Below are positions 40,391 to 52,000 of a stretch of DNA of 64,000 nucleotides, piece after piece; positions within the stretch are counted from its first letter, which is position 1; every line of letters starts with the position of its first letter. The position numbers and the translations under genes are program-made. The stretch comes from Azolla caroliniana (taxonomy: Eukaryota > Plantae > Polypodiophyta). The stretch lies in the NCBI GenBank assembly GCA_043228905.1, contig JBHGNT010000020.1, forward strand, positions 12,090,001-12,154,000, written 5' to 3'. The notes under the pieces are model-generated. The model did not search any database and was not told where the DNA came from. It was given only the letters and a program-made list of their open reading frames with translations.

Positions 40391-42625
40391 ATGGGGATTC
40401 CTCTTCGCCGCGACGACGAGACTCCTGCTGATCATCACCATCGCCCTGCTCCCTCCACCCCACTCATCCATGAAGAATCCAATGTCCACCATATCTTTGT
40501 GTATGGCGACTCCAGGCCTGATATCACACCTGCCGCCGCCGCCGCCGGAGCCTCCCAACCCAAGCGCGCATGGCTCCTCGGATCCCGCCTCTACTCCTGT
40601 AACGTGCGTTACTCCTCTTATCGATGAACCTGTTGATCTTCTGTGTGATGCCGTATATGGCCCACTGATTCCTCCTTCTCTCTGTTTAATGGATGTGTGT
40701 CCAGATGGGCGGGGCTCAGCGTGCGGCTTTAAGACTCGAGGAAGCGGGCCATGCTGTTTTGGGCTACACCATGTCTCTTGACACGACTGATGGTATTCAC
40801 AGGCTTCTCGATACCTTTGAGAGAAGAGAGTACTCGCCAAGCTTCTATGAACGAGACGTAGTTGAGGTATGTACATAACCAACAATTTAGTACAAAAGAT
40901 TTCTCTGTCTCCCCCCCCCCCTCCCCCCTTTCTACTCAGAGATCAACAAAACATAGTACTTTTCTGTTGTAGAATCATGTTTTTCATCCAGTTTCAAAGC
41001 ATTTGATTGTACAATATGATTATTTTCATTCAGTTTTAAAGCATAATGACTAAAAGGGTTTTTAGTTGTCTTTAAAGAACTCGCACAATATCTTTAGGTC
41101 AGTTGGCGATTAGTTGCAACCATCATATAATATGAACACCATTCTGAGAAATAGGACCTTTGCTTGACACATGAGCCGTTGGAATCTGATCGGCCAATTT
41201 GTAATCATGTTTCCATATATCCATTGATGGAAGGGATATTCGCTATGTAAGACATAAAAAACTGAAATTCCATCTAGAATGACACGAAATGTGACACTTC
41301 TTTGTCTGTAAAACATTAATCTTCTCCTTTTTTTATTTTCTTAAACCAGTTTATCAATACGATAGCATATCCACAAAAGTCCTGTTGTCTAACTGTATAC
41401 TTGCAGTAAAAACTATTGTAGGACATGGAAGGCTGTCTGCAATGTCCACTTCCTAGTCCTTCATCAGATCTTGCAGAAGCTCAAATAGTTGTTGTAGTCA
41501 GGTTTTGTTTGAGACAGTGTACCATTAATCAACACATATGCTGATACTTTAAAAAGGATTGAGTAGTTCCATTTTCAGAATGGACATGTGCAATTGCGGT
41601 AAAAACTATTGTTGGACATGGAAGGCTGGCCCGCGATGTCCACTTCCTAGTCCTTCATCAGATCTTGCAGAAGCGCAATAGTTGTTACAGTCAGGTTTTG
41701 TTTGAGACAGTGTATCATTAATCAACACATATGCTGATACTTTAAAAAGGATTGAGTAGTTCCATTTTCAGAATGGACATGTGCAATTGCGGTAAAAACT
41801 ATTGTTTGGACATGGAAGGCTGGCCCGCGATGTCCACTTCCTAGTCCTTCATCAGATCTTGCAGAAGCGCAATAGTTGTTACAGTCAGGTTTTGTTTGAG
41901 ACAGTGTATCATTAATCAACACATATGCTGATACTTTAAAAAGGATTGAGTAGTTCCATTTTCAGAATGGACATGTGCAATTGCGGTAAAAACTATTGTT
42001 TGGACATGGAAGGCTGGCCCGTGATGTCCACTTCCTAGTCCTTCATCAGATCTTGCAGAAGCGCAATAGTTGTTACAGTCAGGTTTTGTTTGAGACAGTG
42101 TATCATTAATCAACACATATGCTGATACTTTAAAAAGGATTGAGTAGTTCCATTTTCAGAATGGACATGTGCAATTGTCAAAGTAACCTTGGGATGCATG
42201 AACTAGAGCAATTGGTTTTTTCAGTTTTTCTGTTTGGTTCTAAAGAGGTATCAAGTGGCTAGGCTGACATTCCATCTTCTGACCTATGTACTTGCTAACT
42301 TTTCATGTAATAGTACTTGCTTTACATAGCCTTGCTTTTAGAAGGATGCTGTCATTATTCAATGGAAATTTCCGACTATGGTCTCCCAGAACATTAACAC
42401 ACATTTATCTTCTAAGTATATGTTTCATTAAACAACCAACTTTCATTCTAGAATGTTGTACACAATCTCTTGGATGTATATAGGTCTCAAATGAGAAATT
42501 TTGTCCATGAGCAGGTAGTTACAGAAGCGGGAGAGCGTGTGCAATCATTCGTTTATCATCAACCAGAAGTAGACCAATCTAATCCTGTGCAAGGTGGAGA
42601 CTGGTTGCAATACATACGCCAATAA
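40391..42625 (+). CDS. Gamma-glutamylcyclotransferase-fold (AIG2/YtfP/GGACT-like) protein, ~161 aa, 3 exons
   Basis: Exons 40391-40603, 40705-40866 and 42515-42625, all phase 0 and GT-AG. Motifs HIFVYGDSRPD, VLGY, LLDTFERREY...YERDVVEVVTEAGERVQSFVY and C-terminal GGDWL. Confidence 0.82.
41400..42176. repeat. 194-bp tandem repeat (~4 copies) in GGCT intron 2
   Basis: Near-identical units produce near-identical spurious ORFs at 41722 and 41916 (offset 194). The first copy is the most diverged. Confidence 0.95.
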
Positions 42626-42811
42626 GATTTTCTCTTCCCAATATTCCGACAAAAGTAATATTCTGCATGTAAAAAATTATGTTTATGAACTGAGTGCCCA
42701 GTTTCTGTAGTTATGCTGTATTTTACTAATCTTCTGTGAATCTAAATTTGAAATGTATTTACTCTGTAATAGAGTAGTGTGTTTTTGCATTCTCTACTGT
42801 GTGTTTTTGCA

Positions 42812-43541
42812 TTCTGTAATAGAGTAGTGTGTTTTCATAGATTTGTTAACGAAGGCTCTAACACAAGCTTAGAGAGTTCGTAATATGATAATAAGAATAT
42901 GCTAAGCTTAATGGTTGTCTTCTTTGATTACCTACAATTTATTATACAAGTACCAAACGTCCTATGATTTTAAATCCATTGTATCTATCTTGTATTGGAT
43001 CATCTCTTGCAAAGCATTGGTGACACCATATTTTTTCTTGACTAACTCAAATGTATAAACCTTCCCCGTCACAAGAAGACCAAATGCACAAGGAAGACAC
43101 AAAACCACACACAAGTGTCCGAACGCCTTTATGAAGAGGAGTGTGTTTTCATAGATTTGTTAACGAAGGCTCTAACACAAGCTTAGAGAGTTCGTAGTGT
43201 GTTTTCATAGATTCTGTAATAGAGTAGTGTGTTTTCATAGATTTGTTAACGAAGGCTCTAACACAAGCTTAGAGAGTTCGTAATATGATAATAAGAATAT
43301 GCTAAGCTTAATGGTTGTCTTCTTTGATTACCTACAATTTATTATACAAGTACCAAACGTCCTATGATTTTAAATCCATTGTATCTATCTTGTATTGGAT
43401 CATCTCTTGCAAAGCATTGGTGACACCATATTTTTTCTTGACTAACTCAAATGTATAAACCTTCCCCGTCACAAGAAGACCAAATGCACAAGGAAGACAC
43501 AAAACCACACACAAGTGTCCGAACGCCTTTATGAAGAGGAG
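42812..43541. repeat. Direct duplication of ~330 bp (offset 400) with templated filler between the copies
   Basis: 42812-43141 is repeated at 43212-43541. The 70-bp spacer is built from pieces of the unit's own 5' end. Confidence 0.92.
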
Positions 43542-43667
43542 AGGTGCATGGTTTCTCAAAACCTTCCCCATCACAAGACGTCTAAATGCACAACGAACAT
43601 ACAAACACAAAATTTTATAGTTTTAAAGGTAAATACGTATGGTTAAAAAAATAAAAGATGAGAAAAT

Positions 43668-43880
43668 TGTTGAGGATCCTATCGGCCACACCCAGTTTAT
43701 ATGTATGCATATAAGGGTGCAAAGATCGAGAATGACAGTGCATAGACAAATAGAAAGCGAAAGTACAGAGATGAGATATTTTACATGGAAAACCCTAAAA
43801 GATGGAAAAACTATGGGAGTCCACAAACTCCAAATACGAATCATTATAGAGGGGGGAATACAACAAGAAGCTTCAAGGCA
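43668..43880 (-). mobile_element. Copia-like LTR fragment (U5 end)
   Basis: The plus strand begins TG (the CA end of a minus-strand LTR) and carries gatattttacatggaaaaccct...gaaaaactatggg, a common copia LTR pattern. Confidence 0.45.
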
Positions 43881-45367
43881 ATTAAATTTTTGTAGATTGT
43901 GGGAAAGGTTTATGTTGTAGCCTATACATGTCTATTTTTGAGGTATTCAACTCACCAAGATCAAAGGAATATGTTTACATATTCTCTAAATTCATTGGAT
44001 CCTTTGGTATAAGAATCGAGTTTTTGTCACACTCTATTGTTGTATTGTAGATTATCTCTGGTTAAAATTATGAAACATTAGATCTAGTGCCCAAACATGA
44101 ATCCTTATGGATGCTTATATATTTGCTAAGGCTAAAACAATTAAAGTGAGAAAATACAATTGATATACAATTTGCTAAGGCTAAAACAATCGTAGCACAA
44201 TTGTTAAGGTTATTTTGGAGAGGCCAAAATGCATGTGCTCAACCTTTAGCATTCCACAACATCATCGATTAAAGTAAAGTAGCTAATGAGGTAGTGGCCA
44301 CGTTTGAACTTGGGTATGTAGGTGATAAAAACTCAAGTTACCACTAGGGGGATTTGAGAGTTATTGGCAAACTTTGGCATCTTGTGTTTCCATGTATATA
44401 AATTTACATTGATGTATAATGAGAAGGGCTAACTTAACATGCACCTAGATAATTGGCAACATCCAACATTAATCTTTACCATAGTTGTTAGTGATGAACA
44501 ACACCAATGCTAGATTCACACTCGTACATCTACAATGACATAGAAGTAGTACCAACAAGTTGGGTTTCTCACATTGGGTGAAATGGATGGAATTAATAAA
44601 ATTGGAAGTATTGACGTTTAAAAAAAAACATTATTTGTGTCGTCTACATCTTGTTGTTGATACATGAAAAGACACACTTACATGGTAGGTGTCCTCCAAA
44701 CAATAATCTCGATCCATATAGGATTTGATAGAGGGGCGTGTGTAAGTTTTAAGGTTGCTAGTTCAATTGGCGAGGATTTGTTTTGTCTTTGTATTTCATT
44801 CGACACTCGTGGAGTATTATCAATGAAAAAAAGATACGAATGCATGGTTGGAACTTTAATAACAATGTAAAGTTTCTCAATCATTTTTTACAAATGCGAG
44901 GGAACAAGTTGTTCTAGTTGTGAGATTTAATTATTAATCAAGTTCTAATTAAAACTCGGGTAGTGCCCTAATTTGTGGCACCTTGGAATCCTACTTTGAT
45001 GACCTTACTTCTAAATTGGAGGTGCGCCTGCCATAGACCGGGGTTAGAAGTTCATGACACACAAAAGTGTGTGTGTTATCTGACTTGGGAGCTTTCATTG
45101 AAGAAACAATTGCTCATTCAAGACGTTGAAGTTTGTTTCATTGTTCGAATTGCGTGAGTGTTTGCAATAGTATCAATCATATTATATAATTTTGGTGACC
45201 TTAATTTAAAAGACTATTAGAATGCATGCAAATAAATGTAGTATATGAACGTTTTTCGAGTGAAGATTGAGTTAAAAAGTGACGAACTGGGATTTGAACC
45301 CAAGACCTTCTATTATATAATTTTGGCGATCTTAATTTAAAAGCCTACTAGAATGCATGCAAATGAA

Positions 45368-45853
45368 TAATAACCGGCAATGGTTTGGTTCGGTTTGAGA
45401 GGGTCAAAACTGAACCATTAATTTTTTTTGAAACTTGAACTGAACCGAACCGAACCACAAAACCGTTAAAACCAAACTGCTGTTTTTTTTCAAATTGTTA
45501 AACCATTAAATTGTTAAAACCGTGGTTTCGTGGTCTAGTTTTGGTTTTCAACTAGGTCAAATTTAAAAAATTTAAAAAATTTCATTATTTTATTTTTTAA
45601 AAAATTTAGAGATGTCCCTAAAATGTAAGAATAAAGTGTAAAAATGAAAAGATTGTTTAAAAACAATTCTTTAAAATTTTAAAGAAGAAGAAGAAGTAGA
45701 AACCGTTAAACCGTGGTTTCTAACAGTTGAAACCAAACCAAACCGTTAAAAAAAACCTGAACCTGAACTTGACCCGAACCAAACCAAGCCGAGCCGAGCC
45801 GTTTTAACTGGTAAGCCGCGGTTTCGCGATTCGGTTTGGTTCACCGATTGTTA
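45368..45853. mobile_element. hAT-type MITE with a perfect 8-bp TSD, about 210 bp upstream of the RF3 ATG
   Basis: The TSD CAAATGAA is at 45360-45367 and 45854-45861. Imperfect terminal inverted repeats taataaccggcaa and tcaccgattgtta; dense AACCG subterminal repeats. Confidence 0.88.
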
Positions 45854-46061
45854 CAAATGAATGTAGTATAGGACCATATTTTGAGTAAAGATTGAGTTAA
45901 AAAGTGACAAAGTGGGATTCGAACCCAAGACCTTCTTTTTCTTCTTCTTCTTCTTCCTTCACATGGAGAGACCCAGAAACAATCATGATAAGACACAGAA
46001 ACCCAACAGAAGAACAAGAGAGAGACAGACAGAGAGAGAGAGAGTCTGTCTCTGAGAAGCC

Positions 46062-49000
46062 ATGGCTGCTTCTTTGCTCCCCCTCGCATTGCCTTTCAAC
46101 GGGCTACTACTGCCACGCAGCTCAGAACCAAGCAACTCTTCTGCTTTTACCCTGCTGCCGCCACCGATTGTACTCACCGCACACCGGCACCCCTCTAGTA
46201 CCATTTGCTGCGCTCTCTTGCCACCGTCTCACCCTCCTCTGCTCACTGCATCCGCATCTGAGACGCCTCCTACCTCTCAATTACCCCCTATTACTCTACC
46301 GATCATTGATGCTCCTGAGAATGGCAACCGTGTCGAAGAAGAAGAAGATAAAGACGAAGCCGAAGAGTTGCATGAACTGTCCATTGGTTCAGACCTTCAT
46401 CAGAAGCAGCTGCAATTACAGGATGTGGGGAGAGGGGAAGCGTCATCCAACGTGTCTATTGCTAAGGAGTGTGCGAGAAGGCGGAATTTTGCAATTATTT
46501 CTCATCCAGATGCAGGAAAGACAACATTGGTGAGTAGTTAGATGGATGGATACATATAAATAATTGGCGAGTAGATAGATAAATAAATAGATAGACGGAT
46601 AGAAATAGATTGATAGATTTTATTATTGTTTTCAGAGGCCAAATATGACCTATGGGACCAAAAATATAATGTTTTCATGTGATACATATAAAAGTGAGTA
46701 GCAGACTCTTGATGTTCAAGAACTTTACTAATGAGTGTCGTAATTAAGAGTGCACATTGTGATTGTGAGAGAAATTCGTTCAAGGATTGGGATTAGTCGA
46801 AGATGTACAGAAAGCATAGTCAAATGTGAGAGAAAATAGAATAGAATAGATGTTTTATTATTCATTATGAGGCCAAAATTGACTTATGGAACCAAATCAA
46901 CATATTATCTTGTATATGAGTCCTTCCTAAGAAGGGAAGGGGAGTTACAACTCTGTAGTAAAAACTCTCTACGTGAAAATAATGTATGCACATATGTGTT
47001 CACCCTTCATGGTGGACATTTGAGTATGCCACTGACATTTATCATGATCATCTAACAAGTGATCATATTTCTTGCAAATTGCCTAATATGCTGAGCATGT
47101 GATAAGTAAGTGATATTCATCCTCCACTAGGTTTCATTGTGTACCTTACATATCTTCATATTTGAGATAGAGAGTGGGGGAGTGATTGGGGATTTCGTAA
47201 TAATTGGGATATGAACAATGCTTTTGTATTTGATGGTAGACACAGAGCTAGTGCAAATTGAAGGGAGTATTGAATTGACAGTTTTGTATATTGGATCAAG
47301 TCAAAATTCTTTCTTTCATGGAGTGTTCATCTTGTCTATTAACAATTCAACATGTCCCACTACCCATGTTATGGTGATACCACTTAGTCGTGGTACTATG
47401 TAGTCTTTGTCACACACAATTATTGACATAATTGTGTGTTTTCATGACAGAGAGGAGACTGAGAGAGATAGGGAGAGGGATCAAAGTGAAACATTTTCAT
47501 GTAGTATATGTGCAGTTGATTTTTGCCTCTCAATTTTCGAGAGTTGTACTAAGGAATATTGCAATAGAGACTGCACATTGACAAACCTTTGTTCAGAGAT
47601 ATTAGAGAGAGATATTGTGTATGGGTTTAGGGATGTCCGAATTACCTTGTTAATTTTCCAATTATTGAGCAATAATGTGGCTGCAACAGTACTTTAAGTT
47701 AGACCTATGTCGGGGAGCACTTCCAATGTAGCTGAGTTTCCTTTATCTCTCTCAATTACACATATTTTATTATATGCCATTTTGCAAACCATTTTTGGAT
47801 GTTTTGGAAGCGGCTGGACAAAAGAAATTTGCTTTTATGTTTTTTCTGTAATAAGTATCCAGTTTCCTATGTGGTTTTTGGTACGTGATTTCAGGGCATT
47901 GTGCTGATTTTAATATTTACTTATAAACTCGTTGAAGGACATAGAAATCTATTGGCCTTTGTCCAATTTCATTATTGAATATGGGGTTATTCTCTTAATC
48001 TTTCAATCACAATGTAGAAATTCCCTTTTGTATTATTTCTATTTCATTCCATGAGCTTGCTGAAATACTGCCTCCCCAAACCTCAGTACCATAAAGCAGA
48101 GTTTTGTAGCACACATGCATTTAATAGTATTGCGTTAATATCCTGCCTTTGGACTGTGCTCAAATGGCACATGCTCTCAAATTCATAGCATTGGGCTGCG
48201 CTGTGCTGGCTTCCATTATCCTAGCTGGCCACTTGTTCCAAGTGTGCTAACTAGGTTTGACAATTCCAAGGTATCTGAAACTATTAACCACTTCAATGTC
48301 CTCTTCATAGTAGACTGCTGGCTGCTGGCTTTCAGATTTTTGGCAGTGTACCACCATGACTTTAGTCTTAGTCACGTTGTCTGCTAAGTTCAAATGTTCA
48401 CATATCGAATCAAAAAGCTTTTGCAGTATTAGCTGAGTTTATGCCAAATGTACAACATCATCCACATAAATCAGAAGCAATACTGTGAAATGCCCATGAC
48501 TGGTTTTCCTCATGTTCTCCAACTCTTCTTATGATTATCACTTTTTAAATGGGAAATTATGTTTTAATGTTTGCGTGAATTTTATCTTTGACATACTCAT
48601 ATGTGTACCTGTGGTTGAATATGCTATATAAAGACGGAGAAACTATTGCTTTATGGAGGAGCCATACATGAGGCCGGTGCTGTTAAGGCAAGGAGAGCAG
48701 CCAGACATGCCACTTCTGATTGGATGGAACTTGAGAAGCAGAGAGGTTTGATGTTCAAACATATACTTTTCAATGATTATGATGCACGCTTATGGGAAAA
48801 TTATTTATGGTTTTGTCTGATTCAAATATTACATTGTTAATTGTAGCTTTTCCTTTTTTGCTGATTTGCTGATTTTAGGTATTTCTATCACATCGACTGC
48901 CCTTGTTTTTGAGACAAATGGTTTCCAGATCACCCTCCTTGATACTCCTGGGCATCAGGTTCTTCTCTCTCTCTCTCTCACTTTCCACCCATTTCATCGA

Positions 49001-52000
49001 ATTATCTATGTTCTTCCTACAATTGGGTCAGTCTGATTCATCCATTTTAGTTAGCAAGACCCTAGGTTTAGCTCTTTCTATGCCCAAACCAAATTTCTAG
49101 ATGTGTTTACTTGGTATTTCTTTGGAGCTTTCCAGCAAAGCTAGAGAGTACATTATAGAAATGTAATCTTGTTTTCAAAAGCATTGATTTATTTCTTGTT
49201 CCTTTCATTTAGAAAGTTTATTGAAATTTTAACTTTGAGGTGTTTAGAGTCTATAGTTTATAAATATAGTCTTCATCCAGGTCTAGTGTGTGGGTTTAAA
49301 GCTTCATGCGTAAGAGGCTGCTGAGTCAGTGGTTGCATGTTTCATCATATAATAGAGTTCTTGCTTATCTTTCATTTGTAGGACTTCGGTGAGGACACCT
49401 ACCGGTATTATTCCTATCACCAGAGGCACACCTTTCTGCTGAATTGTTTCCATCCATAAATGAAGACTGATTGAATAAACTTTTTGACTTGTGGTCAGTA
49501 CCTTGGCAGCTGCAGATAATGCGGTTATGCTTGTAGATGGAGGAAAGGGTTTAGAGCCACAAACAAGGAAGCTGTTTGAGGTTTGTTTAATTTCTAAACA
49601 GGATTATAATTTCCGACTAGAGAATATGAGAAAATCTGTTTCCCTGAAAGATTAAATTAAATTTAAGCATTTGCGGATAGGTTTGCAGAATGCGGAAGCT
49701 CCCCATATTCACATTTATAAACAAGATGGATCGCCCAGCACTAGAGCCCTTGGAGTTGCTTGATGAAATAGAAAAGGAATTTGATCTTTCATTGCATGCA
49801 GTAAACTGGCCTATTGGATCTGGGGACAGGTTTGTTTCCTGATTTAAAGAATTCAACACAGGTGTCTACTTCATAAACTGTGAGATTGTAGTCAGACTAG
49901 CTGCATTTATTTATGTTCTGTATTTCAGCTATTTTATGTACTTATGCATAGGCATTGATGATTGCTATTACAGAGCTTGTTATTCATTCATGCCATTCTT
50001 AGTGTGGAACCATTCAAAAATACATAATGAACATAAAACAGAAGGTTAGGTGCTCATCAAGTAGGTAGTTGAGTAGGATCTTGGAAGCATAATGGTCGAG
50101 TTCCCTTCTCTTTTTTCAGCAATAAAATTTCTCTTTGATCAGATCTTTATTATATAAAACTAAATTCTCAATACAGATCAAGTGTGAAGGTTTGATGTAT
50201 ATTATTGCGTGCTGCATTTTCATTACAATCTAGATATAATAGCAGATTTGAATGTGAAATTTATCAAAAGATCAAATATTAAGAAAACAATAATGTCATG
50301 TCTATGAAAATAGTGTATTGTAAAAGTAAAAATGTAGAAGGATTTTCAAGGACATTGTCTTCTTGAATTCCAGCAAGAGTATGTTTCCTAACATTTGAGA
50401 GTGGCTGAAAGATTGCATTGCATTTTTATGGGTAGGTTCATGGGATTATATTTCAGACCAAGAAAAGAGGTACACCTTTTTGAAAGAGATCAAAAGCATG
50501 GGAGTAAGGAAGCATCAGTTCGTATCCTTTTATGGGGGGATCCTCTCTTGGAGAAGATTATTCCAGAAGATCTCTATCAGCAGCTAGAGGTTGAAACTTC
50601 TTCAAAAAGATAAATGTTTCCTACCAAAATATTTATATGATGCGAGGAGAGCATATTAAGTAATCTTGAATGAAGCTTTTAATTATTTATCATCTTTTAG
50701 TGCAATTATTTTAACAGGAGGAAATTGATTTGCTTGAAGCATTAGCCCCACCTCTGGACATAGCAAAAATTCATGCTGGCGAGCTTTCACCAGTTTTCTT
50801 TGGCAGTGCAATGAATAACTTTGGGGTAAGTGTGGCTGAAATGTAAGACGTTTGTAACTTGTTAAACTAAAGATTTTAGCATAGCATATATTATATTACC
50901 TTTGTATTATGTCTGAGCTTTATGGAACATCCAGTTTTTCGTTGTCCCTGTTGAGAAGGAAAGGTGTTTTAACTCTTAACATCTCTATGATGTATCATGT
51001 GATAATATCCTATCATATCCACGCAGTGAAGGCCAACTCATAACATTAGTGAGGACAGATTTCTGGAGTGTCTGTTTTTATTTTTCATTTTGTTGAGAAG
51101 AAATTAATGCTGTCTTAACTTTTGACATCTCTATGATGTCACATGTGACTATATCCTACCTAACTCAAACAATTAAAACAACTCATAATATTGTCTCACT
51201 AATGATGATGAAAGAACTTCAGTTTTCTTTGGTAGTGCTGATTTGATCTACAGTCATATGAACTGCTAATAAGTATCATCCTGAAAGCCACACTGTGAAG
51301 TAAAGATACTGTTAAAAACTGGCCAGAAATGCGTGGTCTGAACAATATGACTGCTGCATCATAAAGGTATCCCTTATTTGTTTTGGGGAGAGCTTAAAAA
51401 ATGTAAAGGTCCCTGCCCAGGGTAGGCACTCGTAGCCTAGTTGAATGTGAAAAATTATAATAAAAAAGGAAAATACTTAGACATGATCACTTAATATATC
51501 TTACATTTATGCAGGTGAAGCTTTTCCTTGAAACTTTTCTCACATATGCCCAACAACCTGGGTCTCATATAGCTGATACTGGAGTTATAGAACCAAACTA
51601 TCCTGAATTTACTGGTTTTGTTTTCAAGGTGTTACCCATTTGTATTTCTATATTTCATTAGTTCTTATAAAATTGGGTAATCAAAGAGGTCATAAGGCAT
51701 TGTTTTTGGGCAGCTTCAAGCAAATATGGATCCCAAACACCGAGATAAGGTTGCATTTGTTCGTGTTTGCTCTGGTAAGAATTAAAGAATGATGGTTTAA
51801 TTGTAATTTTAGGTGATATTGCCGTTCAATCTTGGAGGCTGTTTTGTTTTGCCACTCCCATTTTGGTTTATAGAAACTCCTTATGGATTTTAAATAGTAA
51901 AGGAACACGGTATTCCCTTATGGAAACTCCTAACGTATTGTAAATAGTGTGAGAAAATTGTTATGAACAGTTGTAAGAGGCCAAAGACGCTAGCAGCAAC

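Noticed and set aside
40235-40885. 216-aa minus-strand ORF and 159-aa plus-strand ORF
   Set aside because: They overlap the spliced GGCT gene, whose frame carries the conserved motifs and splice sites.
45895-45935. Functional tRNA gene
   Set aside because: Only a T-arm/B-box half is present, with no D arm, anticodon arm or A box.
51215-51240. Short copy of RF3 exon 8 sequence within intron 8
   Set aside because: About 20 bp with no splice signals, too short to support an alternative exon.
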